Positions 1-14,660 are shown, numbered from the stretch's first letter. The stretch is DNA of 64,000 nt from Eledone cirrhosa (GCA_964016885.1 OZ024754.1:41664001-41728000), one strand, 5' to 3'. Translations and numbers: made by a program. Notes: generated by a model not told the origin, from the sequence alone.

Positions 1-399
1 ACCCAAGACATTTTTTTTTTTAGGTGGAGGGGGGGGGGGGATACTACGAAACTGAAGAGCGAAATGGAGAGCAATACTCTAGCTGATTACATGTTAAAAA
101 GTGAACATTGCTCGTGACACCCAAGAGCAGGGCCGGAATTAATGAGGGGGGGACGGGGAATTGCTCTGGGTCCCATGCACTGGGAGGCGGGGGTCCCATC
201 AGTGACGGCCGTAGCAATTTATTGGTGCCCTCAGCCGGGCATTTCAGTTTTAGGATGGTTAGAATTTCTGAATGTTATACCCGTATGTATAACTTTTCAA
301 TTCCAATTACTTGCAGCAAGCTAACTTTGATATGTACATTTGGAGGAGGGGGGGGGGGGGAGGGGGGTCCGTGTACTCTAATTTTGTATATGTATATGT

Positions 400-1750
400 G
401 TTAATTATATGGACATAGTGTAAATAATATGTTAATTATATAGACACAGTGTAAATAATATGTTAATTATATAGACACAGTGTAAATAATATGTTAATTA
501 TATAGACACAGTGTAAATAATATGTTAATTATATAGACACAGTGTAAATAATATGTTAATTATATGGACATAGTGTAAATAATATGTTAATTATATGGAC
601 ATAGTGTAAATAATATGTTAATTATATAGACATAGTGTAAATAATATGTTAATTATATAGACACAGTGTAAATAATATGTTAATTATATAGACATAGTGT
701 AAATAATATGTTAATTATATAGACATAGTGTAAATAATATGTTAATTATATAGACATAGTGTAAATAATATGTTAATTATATAGACACAGTGTAAATAAT
801 ATGTTAATTATATAGACATAGTGTAAATAATATGTTAATTATATAGACACAGTGTAAATAATATGTTAATTATATAGACACAGTGTAAATAATATGTTAA
901 TTATATAGACACAGTGTAAATAATATGTTAATTATATAGACATAGTGTAAATAATATGTTAATTATATAGACACAGTGTAAATAATATGTTAATTATATA
1001 GACACAGTGTAAATAATATGTTAATTATATAGACACAGTGTAAATAATATGTTAATTATATGGACATAGTGTAAATAATATGTTAATTATATAGACACAG
1101 TGTAAATAATATGTTAATTATATAGACACAGTGTAAATAATATGTTAATTATATGGACATAGTGTAAATAATATGTTAATTATATAGACACAGTGTAAAT
1201 AATATGTTAATTATATAGACACAGTGTAAATAATATGTTAATTATATAGACACAGTGTAAATAATATGTTAATTATATAGACACAGTGTAAATAATATGT
1301 TAATTATATAGACATAATGTAAATAATATGTTAATTATATAGACACAGTGTAAATAATATGTTAATTATATAGACATAGTGTAAATAATATGTTAATTAT
1401 ATAGACACAGTGTAAATAATATGTTAATTATATAGACACAGTGTAAATAATATGTTAATTATATAGACATAGTGTAAATAATATGTTAATTATATAGACA
1501 CAGTGTAAATAATATGTTAATTATATAGACACAGTGTAAATAATATGTTAATTATATAGACACAGTGTAAATAATATGTTAATTATATAGACACAGTGTA
1601 TTATTTATTAACTATATAGGCACAGGGTAAATATGTTAACTATATAGACACAGTGTGAATATATGTTGACTATATAGACACAGTGTACATATGTTAACTA
1701 TATAGACACAGTGTATATATATATTAACTATATAGACAGTGTATATATAT
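400..1750. repeat. 31-bp minisatellite (GTTAATTATATAGACACAGTGTAAATAATAT)n
   Basis: Unit recurs at 431, 462, 493 etc.; about 40 near-identical copies decaying into (TA)n. Confidence 0.97.
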
Positions 1751-1970
1751 ATATATGCAGAGGTTATATTGAATTTGTTGGAAGTCCGACAAACATAAAT
1801 GTATATAATTGTATATATATTATATAGACACAGTGTATATATATATATATTAATTATATAGACACATGTATATATATATATGTATGTATATATATATGTA
1901 TGTATATATATATATATGTATATATGTATATATGTATATATATGTATATATGTATATATATGTATATATG

Positions 1971-2006
<36 letters not shown>

Positions 2007-2007
2007 T

Positions 2008-2229
2008 TAGGGAACGATCGACTTTCGTCAAATCGGACCGAGGGAACAATGTTTCCGTTGGTCTTTCCAATTGCTAATACTATCTATCGGTCGCAACTCC
2101 AGGTAGAAGGAGCAACGTGAAATAAAGTGTCTTGCTCAAGGACATAACGCATCGCCTGGTCCGGGAATCGAACTCATAACTTCACGATTGCGAATCCAAT
2201 TCTCTAACCACTCAGCCACACGCCTTCAC

Positions 2230-2230
<1 letters not shown>
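2008..2230 (-). mobile_element. tRNA-derived SINE
   Basis: Minus strand has A box TGGCTGAGTGG and B box GTTCGATTCCC, then CCTTGAGCAAGACACTTTATTTCACGTTGCTCC; a homologous copy lies on + at about 24335-24590. Confidence 0.85.
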
Positions 2231-3590
<1,360 letters not shown>

Positions 3591-3786
3591 TTCCATACAA
3601 CCATTACGTCAGTAACAGCAAAAGTAATACATTTTGTTGGTCACGGTTAATTGACTTCTTAAAACGGGAAGGGGCCAGGCATGGAGGTGGGGGAGAGGAG
3701 AAGGGAGAGAGAAGGGCGAGATGGTGAGAGAGGAACAATTAGTCGAGACACGACCAACATAACAAGACGACAATTATGTATATAGT

Positions 3787-3820
<34 letters not shown>

Positions 3821-3928
3821 TTCATATATATACATATATATGTGTATTTTTTCCGGGTTCAATCGGGGGTAACCACAGTAAGTAAGGTACTCTATACAAA
3901 GCAGAGTATAAATATTTAATATAGAAAA

Positions 3929-3977
3929 GCTTCTACAGGACTAGAACTGTTTCATGCGTGAGAAATCATCAGGAAGC
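3929..3977 (-). ncRNA. Type I hammerhead ribozyme motif (inverted mutated copy on + at 3985-4033)
   Basis: GCTTC-CTGATGA-TTTCTCACGCAT-GAAA-CAG(TTCTAGTC)CTG-TA-GAAGC: stem I GCTTC/GAAGC, stem III ACAG/CTGT, GUA site; stem II weak in this copy. Confidence 0.8.
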
Positions 3978-4131
3978 TCAGAATGCTTCCCGATGATTTC
4001 TCACGAATGAAACAGTTCTAGTCCTGTAGAAGCTTTTCTATATAAAATATATAAATGTGTGTATATATATATATATGCATACATATTATAGAAAACGAAA
4101 AATCATTGATGCATCGAAACACAATTTATTA

Positions 4132-4175
4132 ACGTATTACAATTGTTTCACCGGTTCGCGATTCCTCAGATACGT
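4132..4175 (-). ncRNA. Minimal type I hammerhead ribozyme motif
   Basis: ACGTAT-CTGAGGA-ATCGCGAACCGGT-GAAA-CAATTG-TA-ATACGT: 6-bp stem I and palindromic stem III. Confidence 0.85.
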
Positions 4176-4774
4176 CTAGTGACTTCGAAGCAAATCTTCC
4201 ATTCTTCGTTTTCTATAATAATATACTCTGCTCTAGAGAAGCATAGTGTGTTCAACCGCCATACCGCCTATGGACGCATCTAAGCTTACAACAAATATAT
4301 GCATACATATATATATACGAGTATGGAGGTATGTGTATATATATATATATGGTGGCTGCCAACTCGTTTTCGAGTACGGCCACTACTTTATATCCATGTA
4401 GGAGAACCCCTACCGATGCGCTGAACGAGTGTGACTTTTAGTCCAGCCAGCGACTTGAAAACTCTGGTACAAACACTACACTTGTGACAATTATTGACAC
4501 ATAGTGCTGGGCCCATGGTACCATGTGATGACAAGTGCAGAGGGATCTCCAGATATAAAGCAATGCCTGTGCCGTGAAGCTTTTATAGTGAGCAAAGGCA
4601 CTGCACAAAGCCAGTCCCACTCTCTTAACCAAGATGATATTTACCAAAAAGAAAAACAAGTCAACATCATTGGATACCATCAGGGTTGCAGGTGTTATAT
4701 CAGAGTTTTCCTTCTCCTAGAATCCTGCCTTGACAAAGGCTAAGGGGTCATCTCTCCCGGTGATGTTGGATGTC

Positions 4775-4954
4775 CAGTGACTCTTAAGAACTCCTTTGCC
4801 CTTTGACAGGTTTTGTTTTTTGTCCTGCAGGATGTCCAAGGTCACCCTCCTCACCAAGAAACGTTGGTGGGGTTGCCAGTTTAGTCGCCAACGACCCGAC
4901 CATGGGACAGGTTGTACTGGGATACATGTTACCAGTAGCACCAACTGGTGACCT

Positions 4955-4960
<6 letters not shown>
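4775..4960. mobile_element. Dispersed repeat, probably a LINE/SINE 5' region
   Basis: Related segments at about 5875-6025, 13795-13925, 15500-15690 and 16060-16170. Confidence 0.6.
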
Positions 4961-4990
<30 letters not shown>

Positions 4991-5119
4991 GATACATGCT
5001 CACTCACATACACATACACCCAAGACCTATGAGAAAGGCATCCAGTCAGTACTTTGTTCTGAGGACCAAGAGCTAAGAAGGCCACACAGCAACATCCATT
5101 TTGAGAAAAATCTTTGCCT

Positions 5120-5276
5120 GTTTCGGGCCTTGGATCTAGCTGTCGAATCGGCCGGAGCTCAGCCGCCGGGGTCCGGACTCTTTTCCTATTACCCACTCTA
5201 CTACCCTAAGTATTGAGTACTCTGGTGCATTATGGTCCACCTGGTATCTTACCACATTCTCTTTGTTCTTTGTTTT
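5120..5276 (+). mobile_element. TA-inserted element 3' tail with degenerate hammerhead
   Basis: Tail CTACTACCCTAAGTATTGAGTACTCTGGTG...CTTACCACA shared with 48921-49090 (+) and 40733-40849 (-); the 48.9 kb copy retains GAAA-CGGC...GCCG-TC. Confidence 0.7.
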
Positions 5277-5298
5277 ATATATATATATATATCACTTA

Positions 5299-5341
<43 letters not shown>

Positions 5342-5386
5342 GAGAGTAAAACAAAGAATCCTTTAATACATCAAAAGTTTTTATTA

Positions 5387-5424
5387 GCCGACAATGTTTC
5401 GTCCTATTAAGGACTCATCAGGGC
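5387..5424 (-). ncRNA. Minimal type I hammerhead ribozyme with canonical core
   Basis: GCC-CTGATGA-GTCC(TTAATA)GGAC-GAAA-CATTG-TC-GGC: perfect core, 4-bp stem II, GUC site. Confidence 0.9.
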
Positions 5425-5479
5425 AATCAAAACAACAAGAGGTAATTTCGGCAGATACAAGCCAGAAACTCTGAAGAAT

Positions 5480-5835
<356 letters not shown>

Positions 5836-6781
5836 TATATATATATATATATATATAAACATATATATAAACATCTTTGGGGATGGCCGTTGACTCTCCT
5901 GAGATCCTCCGCCCTTTGATGGGTTTTGTTTTTCATCCGGCAGGGATTCCAAGATCACCCTCACCACCAAGCAGCCAACAAGCTTGGTTACATGAACGGT
6001 TTAGTGACGCCAACGACCCGACCATTTTGTGTGCGTGTCGGAGAGATGATACTTCCAGATAACAAACACTCGGTTGTAGTTTTTAGCCAGCCATGTTGAT
6101 TTGTACCTTGTCACCGGATTACAGTGGCTTATACTCATTGGGTGGTATGTGTGTTGCACTAACACGTGTCACTTTAACCCAATGATATGTTGGTAATGTT
6201 GTGGCCTATGGCACTGAGGTGGGGGTTGCGACAATGCAGACTTGACAAATTTGAGGTTCTTTGTCCTAACTTTGTTCATATGGTGACAGGGGCGCTATCC
6301 TAACATTGCTTTCGGTGATCCGACAGCAACTAGGACTCGGTGGGATCGTTAAACATGCTAGAAGTAACAGCCTAATCTCTATCAAATCACAACTTCCTGT
6401 CTTAAAAACAAAACAAAAACAATTACATCGTTATCAAGATAAACTATCTAGAGTTATTTTATCAACCTCGCCGGAAATATTTCAGTGGTTCCTACGATAT
6501 AGGATGGACTTTAAAAGTTCCAATTGCATGAGATGGGAATTTGTGACATTGGCTATTGAGTGTCAGTTACACAATAAGAGTGACAACAGACACAGAATAT
6601 GACAATGTTAAAATTAGCCAAAAAGACACAGAATAGAGAATAAAGTCACACCCTGCTAAACCACAAAAAAATATATGGAGTAATTAAATGGGGAACGGTC
6701 AGAAACAATTTAAAACTAAAACCTATGTAAACCATCTACATGGTATATACACAGAACTTATGAAACCCCAGACATCTCAAA

Positions 6782-7857
6782 GTAGAGCTGCTTCTTCTCC
6801 GAATTGAGAGATCACAGCTCCGAAACTATGGACATGTGGTTAGAATGTCTCAAGAAAGAATCGCTGGACAGATGTGTAACTGAGAGATCAGAGAGTCACT
6901 CCAGGTAGAGTTGCTACTTCTCCGAATTGAGAGATCACAGCTCCGATACTATGGACATGTGGTTAGAATGTCTCAAGAAAGAATCGCTGGACAGATGTGT
7001 AACTGAGAGATCAGAGAGTCACTCCAGGTAGAGCTGCTACTTCTCCGAATTGAGAGATCACAGCTCCGATACTATGGACATGTGGTTAGAATGTCTCAAG
7101 AAAAAATCGCTGGACAGATGTGTAACTGAGAGATCAGAGAGTCACTCCAGGTAGAGCTGCTACTTCTCCGAATTGAGAGATCACAGCTCCGATACTATGG
7201 ACATGTGGTTAGAATGTCTCAAGAAAAAATCGCTGGACAGATGTGTAACTGAGAGATCAGAGAGTCACTCCAGGTAGAGCTGCTACTTCTCCGAATTGAG
7301 AGATCACAGCTCCGATACTATGGACATGTGGTTAGAATGTCTCAAGAAAAAATCGCTGGACAGATGTGTAACTGAGAGATCAGAGAGTCACTCCAGGTAG
7401 AGCTGCTACTTCTCCGAATTGAGAGATCACAGCTCCGATACTATGGACATGTGGTTAGAATGTCTCAAGAAAAAATCGCTGGACAGATGTGTAACTGAGA
7501 GATCAGAGAGTCACTCCAGGTAGAGCTGCTACTTCTCCGAATTGAGAGATCACAGCTCCGATACTATGGACATGTGGTTAGAATGTCTCAAGAAAAAATC
7601 GCTGGACAGATGTGTAACTGAGAGATCAGAGAGTCACTCCAGGTAGAGCTGCTACTTCTCCGAATTGAGAGATCACAGCTCCGATACTATGGACATGTGG
7701 TTAGAATGTCTCAAGAAAAAATCGCTGGACAGATGTGTAACTGAGAGATCAGAGAGTCACTCCAGGTAGAGCTGCTACTTCTCTGAATTGAGAGATCACA
7801 GCTCCGAAACTATGGACATGTGGTTAGAATGTCTCAAGAAAGAATCGCTGGACAGAT
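6782..7857 (+). repeat. 123-bp tandem repeat (about 8.7 copies) derived from RTE LINE coding sequence
   Basis: GTAGAG recurs at 6782, 6905, 7028 ... 7766; unit translates EIRESLQVELLLLRIERSQLRYYGHVVRMSQEKIAGQMCN*. Confidence 0.92.
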
Positions 7858-8102
7858 TTTATGGGCAAAACCAACTGGAAAGAGATCCAGGGGTAGACCC
7901 CGAGCAAGATGGTTGGATAACATTCCCTGAGCTCGGCTGGTATCGCTTGAGGATCCAGCCGGATCAGTTGGAAACGGTTGCTTCTGCCAGGACCCTCTGG
8001 AAGGAGCATTTGAGGACTCTGTCTCCAAGAACCTCTGAAGAAGAAGAAGAAGTAGAAGAAGAAGAAGTAGAAGAAGAAGAAGAAGAAGAAGAAGAAGAAG
8101 AA
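7766..8102 (+). mobile_element. RTE-clade LINE 3' end with (GAA)n tail
   Basis: Frame YGHVVRMSQERIAGQILWAKPTGKRSRGRPRARWLDNI matches the RTE C-terminus, followed by (GAA)n; related copies at about 41500-41747 (-) and 52840-52980 (+). Confidence 0.85.
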
Positions 8103-8718
8103 CTAACCCAGAAAGTTAGACTCAGAGACTGCCTAACTTATATAAAGCTTGAAGGACTTTTGTTAAAAAATTACAAATTGAAAAACATATTGAATGAGGT
8201 TCCCTCTCTTATGAAAAGGTTGGAGATCTCTTATTTCCAACATAGTTTGTCTCTGCGCGTAGGAGACTTATTTCCTATCATATATCGAGATGTTTTTTGG
8301 ACAGTTATACAGGAGAAGGTTGCCCAAACCTTGTGTTCACATGCAGATTATTTGTGAAACCAGAGTTGTTGCTGTCCATCAGTGTTAGAGTAGATTCTTT
8401 TGTCTGCAACAACAGGCTGAGAAGACGACATTCTCTCACATCGTCAGGAACCTTTCACTAAACCCTTCACTAAACCACAACACTCTTACTTAGCCCCCGC
8501 TGTTGTTCCACGACGATTTATTCATAAGGTAAACCCATATGTTACGGAACTGGTCCCTATATCTATGAGCCCTTCTAGTATCCACTACATGTTGACACCG
8601 CCCACTCCATTGTCCAAAATTGTTTCAAAATTGTGATTGATTTGGAGAAATTCGCCCCCTGAAATCAGGGCCCTAGGCGGCTGCCAAGTTTGGCATCTAT
8701 GGCAGCGCCGGCCCTGTA

Positions 8719-8800
<82 letters not shown>

Positions 8801-8952
8801 TAGATATATATATATATATATATATATGAAGACAAACATAGAATATTCGAAAATATTCTGTATGTTTATAATAAACATTTTGAAGACCCAATCGCTATAG
8901 AATAGAATACGTCACGTATTACAATTTGAGATTCTCGATAAAAGCAAGGGAA

Positions 8953-8995
8953 GTAATCTACGCGTTTCATTCTTGTTAGAAATCATCAGGATTAC
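8953..8995 (-). ncRNA. Minimal type I hammerhead in the loop of a 130-bp-arm palindrome
   Basis: GTAATC-CTGATGA-TTTCT(AACA)AGAAT-GAAA-CGCG-TA-GATTAC; arms about 8822-8950 and 9000-9130. Confidence 0.9.
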
Positions 8996-9175
8996 ATATC
9001 CCTTGCTTTTATCGAGAATCTCAAATTGTAATACGTGACGTATTCTATTCTATAGCGATTGGGTCTTCAAAATGTTTATTATAAACATACAGAATATTTT
9101 CGAATATTCTATGTTTGTCTTCACATATATATCGCTATTTCAGAGCATTAAATCCAAATATATATATATATATAT

Positions 9176-9381
9176 AAAAAGATAGAACACTGGAAGGTAA
9201 TATCCGTAGTAGTAGAGCACTCAGTCCATGGGACGAGTTAGGTAGAAGTGGTTACACAACAGTTAGTTCACCATACCGAGAACAATTGTTTCACCTTATG
9301 CGGATCTTCAGTCCGAGATGAAGATATGCCTAAGGTGAAACAATTGTTCTCGGTATGGTGAACTAACTGTTGTGTTACTAC

Positions 9382-9388
<7 letters not shown>
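9176..9388 (-). mobile_element. Palindromic TA-inserted element with hammerhead-like motifs
   Basis: Arms about 9243-9310 and 9319-9388; + strand CCGAG-ATGAAGA...GAAA-CAATTG-TT-CTCGG (9313-9353); minus arm keeps CTGAAGA. Confidence 0.7.
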
Positions 9389-9425
<37 letters not shown>

Positions 9426-9724
9426 GTATATATATATAGAGGGACCTCGTTTGCCTTTAAAATGTGAGGGGGGACAAACCAACATTTGTTGATTCTTAAA
9501 GGATCATAAATTGCTTATGGTCCCTCTCCCGGACCCTATCACAGGAGTAAAATTTTACATTAATTAAATTTTATATATTCAAATGAAGTTCAGATATAAA
9601 AAAAATAAGCTTAAAAAGAATTTATTATATCAAATAAACAAAAAATAAAATATAGACGTTTGAAAAAGTGTGTGGGGGGGGGGGGGGGGGCTTGTCCCTT
9701 GGTACCCCCCTGAAACAAAGCCCT

Positions 9725-9769
<45 letters not shown>

Positions 9770-9847
9770 CTCAGGGCATATTTATGCAGCTAACATTTTT
9801 TTTTTTTACGGAAATCAATGATCCAGGTAGGTGCAGATTAAAAGAAG

Positions 9848-10790
9848 GTAGGTAGGTTGGTTGATTGGTAGAGAGATAAGTAAGTAGGTGGGTAGAGAGA
9901 TAAGTAAGTAGGTGGGTAGAGAGATAAGTAAGTAGATAGGTAGAGAGATAAGTCAGTAGATAGGTAGAGAGATAAGTAAGTAGATAGGTAGAGAGATAAG
10001 TCAGTAGATAGGTAGAGAGATAAGTAAGTAGGTGGGTAGAGAGATAAGTCAGTAGATAGGTAGAGAGATAAGTCAGTAGATAGGTAGAGAGATAAGTAAG
10101 TAGGTGGGTAGAGAGATAAGTCAGTAGATAGGTAGAGAGATAAGTCAGTAGATAGGTAGAGAGATAAGTAAGTAGGTGGGTAGAGAGATAAGTAAGTAGA
10201 TAGGTAGAGAGATAAGTAAGTAGGTGGGTAGAGAGATAAGTAAGTAGATAGGTAGAGAGATAAGTAAGTAGATAGGTAGAGAGATAAGTCAGTAGATAGG
10301 TAGAGAGATAAGTCAGTAGATAGGTAGAGAGATAAGTAAGTAGGTGGGTAGAGAGATAAGTAAGTAGGTGGGTAGAGAGATAAGTAAGTAGGTGGGTAGA
10401 GAGATAAGTAAGTAGGTGGGTAGAGAGATAAGTAAGTAGGTGGGTAGAGAGATAAGTAAGTAGATAGGTAGAGAGATAAGTAAGTAGGTGGGTAGAGAGA
10501 TAAGTAAGTAGGTGGGTAGAGAGATAAGTAAGTAGGTGGGTAGAGAGATAAGTAAGTAGATAGGTAGAGAGATAAGTAAGTAGATAGGTAGAGAGATAAG
10601 TAAGTAGATAGGTAGAGAGATAAGTAAGTAGGTGGGTAGAGAGATAAGTAAGTAGGTGGGTAGAGAGATAAGTAAGTAGGTAGGTAGAGAGATAAGTAAG
10701 TAGGTAGGTAGAGAGATAAGTAAGTAGATTGGTAGAGAGATAAGTCAGTAGATAGGTAGAGAGATAAGTAAGTAGATAGGTAGAGAGATA
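9848..10790. repeat. 24-bp minisatellite (GGTAGAGAGATAAGTAAGTAGATA)n
   Basis: About 38 copies with a few recurring variants. Confidence 0.97.
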
Positions 10791-11680
10791 AATTTCTTTA
10801 TTAGCCACAAGGGCACAAAAGAAGGGGACAAATACAAATGGGGAGTTTACATACAGGTATATGAAAATAAAACTATTAATACAATAACAAATAACAATTG
10901 AAATCCCCAATAGGGGGGGGGGGGGTGTTACACAGGGGTTGTACACACCTCGAAAAAATGTACAACCCTCATCTCCAGGAGCACCAAGAGTGAGTACTCC
11001 CTTCCTATCTTCCTCTTTTTCCTCAACCTACAGGCTTATATAGAGAGAAGGCCCAACCACTCGGACCATCTTTGCCACATTCACCCACCTTTTATAAAAC
11101 TTGCTGGGGTACAGCACCTCTCTCTCCATCCTGATTCTTCTTCCAAAATGATATTTGAAAAAACGAATCAGTTGCTCGCCGGAGAGAAAGGTGTCTGACC
11201 TCAGCCCTTTTAACCTCGTCCACCATATAACCTCTTTCACCATAGCCATAACACATAGGAAAACCACCTCTCACTCGTTTTTGAAGGAGGGTGGCGGTTT
11301 GATCATGACAATGGACTCGGTGGTCAACTGGATTGATCCCACCTGCGACAATAGTCGTTCTACATAGCCCCACAGGTCGGTAACGCCCGGGCAGTGTATA
11401 AATGCGTGTGCGGCAGTTTCCTTGTCGCGCACGCATCTCGGACAGATATTTTTCGAAGGGTCCCTACGAGAGCTTGTCTCGAACTGGTAGAGCTCCTCGG
11501 TAGCACTGCCAGGCCAGGGACTTTTGCAAGTTGTCCATTGGTCCCGGGCGGAAGGTCCTACCGAAAAGACTGGCCAGTTCGTCCTCCTCTACACCCAGAG
11601 TTTCTCCGAGCGTGTCGTCGCAATTGCTGCGGACCAACCCTCTATAGAATGTCGAAGTGGAGTCTCAACTGATCGCCGGG
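10790..11680 (-). mobile_element. 5'-truncated L1/Tx1-type LINE: ORF2 C-terminus and 3' UTR
   Basis: Zinc knuckle CPRC-x4-ETAAHAFIHC, then KEVIWWTR...; stop at 11028-11030; AATAAA at 10797-10802; internal stops present. Confidence 0.8.
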
Positions 11681-11915
11681 TCAGTAAGTAAGTAGATAGA
11701 TAAGTAAGTAGATAGATAGACAGATAAGTCGGTAGGTTGGTTGATAGGAAGAGAGATAGATAAGTAAGTAGATAGATAGACAGATAAGTCGGTAGGTTGG
11801 TTGATGGGAAGTGGTGAGGGTGTAGATAGATAGACAGATAGACAGACAGACAGACAGACAAACAGCTAGATAGATACGTGTGTAGATATATCAACAATAT
11901 GGTTGAGATAAATTT

Positions 11916-12407
11916 AGTGTTATTACAGATCAAATGTCTTCTAGATCAAGTCTATAGTGTTATTACAGATCAAATGTCTTCTAGATCAAGTCTATAGTGT
12001 TATTACAGATCAAATGTCTTCTAGATCAAGTCTATAGTGTTATTACAGATCAGACGTCTTCTAGATCAAGTCTATAGTGTTATTACAGATCAAATGTCTT
12101 CTAGATCAAGTCTATAGTGTTATTACAGATCAGACGTCTTCTAGATCAAGTCTATAGTGTTATTACAGATCAGACGTCTTCTAGATCAAGTCTATAGTGT
12201 TATTACAGATCAGACGTCTTCTAGATCAAGTCTATAGTGTTATTACAGATCAAATGTCTTCTAGATCAAGTCTATAGTGTTATTACAGATCAGACGTCTT
12301 CTAGATCAAGTCTATAGTGTTATTACAGATCAAATGTCTTCTAGATCAAGTCTGTAGTGTTATTACAGATCAAATGTCTTCTAGATCAAGTCTATAGTGT
12401 TATTACA
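11916..12407. repeat. 40-bp minisatellite (TAGTGTTATTACAGATCAAATGTCTTCTAGATCAAGTCTA)n
   Basis: About 12 copies, two variants (AAAT/AGAC). Confidence 0.97.
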
Positions 12408-12526
12408 ACTGTCAACAAAACAAAAACAACCTGAGACACTCCATATAAGGATACACCAATATTATTTATGATTCGTAACTGACACTCTTAACAATTACTG
12501 TCATACTACTTCCACTCAATTTCAAT

Positions 12527-12760
12527 TAACAGCAACAACAACAACAACAGCGACAACAACAGCAACAACAACAACAACAGCAACAGCAACAACGACAACA
12601 ACAGCGACAACAACAACAACAACAACAGCAACAACAGAAACAACAACAACAGCGACAACAACAACAACAACAGCAACAACAGAAACAACAACAACAACAG
12701 CAACAGCAACAACGACAACAACAGCGACAGCAACAACAACAACGACAACAATAATAATAA
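12527..12760. repeat. Imperfect (ACA)n trinucleotide repeat
   Basis: Directly visible. Confidence 0.95.
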
Positions 12761-13496
12761 AGGTGGAGGGCGGTACAGACCGATACAGTGTGGGTTCGTA
12801 TGAAAAGGAAAACAAGTAAGAAAAGAAAATAATGAAAGTTAACCCATAACAGGTAAACAGAGAGTATTATATTATTCATTGAAATTCAATGGAAACCGTT
12901 GACAGCCAAGTACAGCTTAGAACGATATTTACAGGTTTCTTTGTGTAGATATATTAAGGATATTTTTAGTGTATATATATCTATGTGTGTGTGTGTGTGT
13001 GTGCGTGTGTGTGTTTTGCATTTGTTAGCATTTATTTTTTGAATACATATATGTGCATATATATGAATATAAATATATATATATATGCATATATATATTA
13101 TTTATATATATTATATATTATACCTTGTGTATATATATATATATATATGGAAAGTTATATTTAAATTGTTGGGTTACAACTAGTAAATATTTATAACTGA
13201 TATAAAAGCACTCAACAAGTATTTGGAGTATATTTACGATATTAAATAAATGGAAACTATATTTATAAAACCATATCTATTTCACTATATATATTTCAGG
13301 GATATCATATTAACAATATGTTATGCCTTCTTCAGACAAAATACAATATAGACAGTTTTATAAATAAATAGATTTGACATACCGTTCAACATCGACTTGT
13401 ATTTGAAAAAGTTGATCTGCCAAATCAACTTTTTCAAATACAAGTCGATGTTGAACGGTATGTCAAATCTATTTATCTATAAAACTGTCTATATTG

Positions 13497-13562
13497 TATT
13501 TTGTCTGAAGAAGGCATAACATATTGTTAATATGATATCCCTGAAATATATATAGTGAAATA
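13497..13562 (+). ncRNA. Type I hammerhead motif in a palindromic element (13149-13603)
   Basis: TATTTTGT-CTGAAGA-AGG...CCT-GAAA-TATATA-TA-GTGAAATA; inverted copy at about 13278-13343; arms about 180 bp. Confidence 0.75.
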
Positions 13563-13641
13563 GATATGGTTTTATAAATATAGTTTCCATTTATTTAATA
13601 TCGTATATATATATATATATATATTTATTAAAATAACAGAT

Positions 13642-13705
<64 letters not shown>

Positions 13706-13939
13706 AGAATGGAACGGGAACAAAACAGAGAGGTAGTACGAACAAAGGTTTATTAGTTTCACGCTCTTGAGAGTGGGAGGGGGGGGGGGCATGTATATTA
13801 TGTCAGGCCGCTCTCAGGTACTACTGGTGACATGTAACCCAGTACAATCTGTAGCATGGTCAGGTGGTCGGAAACTAAGCCATCAACCCCACCAAACAGG
13901 CTTGGTGAGGAGGGGGATATTGAGGGGAGGGGAAAGTCG

Positions 13940-14300
13940 ATTAAATCAAACCTTAGTATGTTACTGGTACTTTATTTTATCGACCCCGTGAGGATGAAAA
14001 GCAAAGCAAACCTCGGCGAGATTTTAAGTCAGAACGTAAAGGGCCGTAACTCTATGCCACAAAGCATGTTGTCCGACGCTCTAGCGATATTGTCAATCGA
14101 CCGCTCTTTGATGCCATATTAATAATTGTTTCTACTTTTGGCACAAGGTCAGCAACTGACCCCGTAAGGATGAAAAGTAAAGTTAACCTCGGCGGGATTT
14201 GAACACAGACCGTAAAGGGCCGTAACTCTATACCGCAAAGCATGTTGTCCGACCCTCTACCGATACTGCCAATCATTCACCCTATACCCTATTAATAATG
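13940..14300 (-). mobile_element. Two tandem copies of the abundant SINE-like repeat with core GAGTTCAAATCCCGCCGAGGTTAACTTTGCCTTTCATCC
   Basis: Same core recurs at about 17920, 18750, 18935, 36390, 36545, 37335-37865, 38270, 46740, 51200, 52015 (-), 60890 and 62430. Confidence 0.8.
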
Positions 14301-14507
14301 AAATGATTATTACTTTTAGTAAATCGTTCAAAATTCTCCATCAATTAATTGAAATAGAGAGTATTTCATTAAAAACATGGCCACAAAAGGTTTAAGGTGT
14401 TCATTCTTAACGAAAGACTTAGTTTGAAACGTCTGTAGTCTCCGAACAAGGCAGCATAAAAGATTTTGTGAAATTTACTTTCAATGAAGCAAGTAGTAAC
14501 CTGTCTA

Positions 14508-14660
14508 ACTTTGTCACCTGTCCAACGTTTGCTTACTTCTAACCTTGTCTCCTGTCCAACGTTTGCTTACTTCTAACCTTGTCACCTATCCAACGTTTGC
14601 TTACTTCTAACCTTGTCACCTATCCAACGTTTACTTACTTCTAACCTTGTCACCTGTCCA
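14508..14660. repeat. 34-bp minisatellite, about 4.5 copies
   Basis: CTTGTCACCTGTCCAACGTTTGCTTACTTCTAAC units. Confidence 0.9.

Noticed and set aside
2130-2230. tRNA gene-like A and B boxes (also 18230, 19135, 22990, 24335, 39995)
   Set aside because: SINE heads running into repeat bodies; no convincing cloverleaf
7788-8357. 189-aa ORF with poly-Glu
   Set aside because: Chimera of a frameshifted RTE 3' end, its (GAA)n tail and flanking DNA
9771-10946. 391-aa LSTYLLTY repeat ORF
   Set aside because: 24-bp minisatellite read from a LINE 3' UTR
12473-12815. Thr-rich mucin-like exon on + ending at a GTAAG donor
   Set aside because: Mostly (ACA)n; no acceptor or start found
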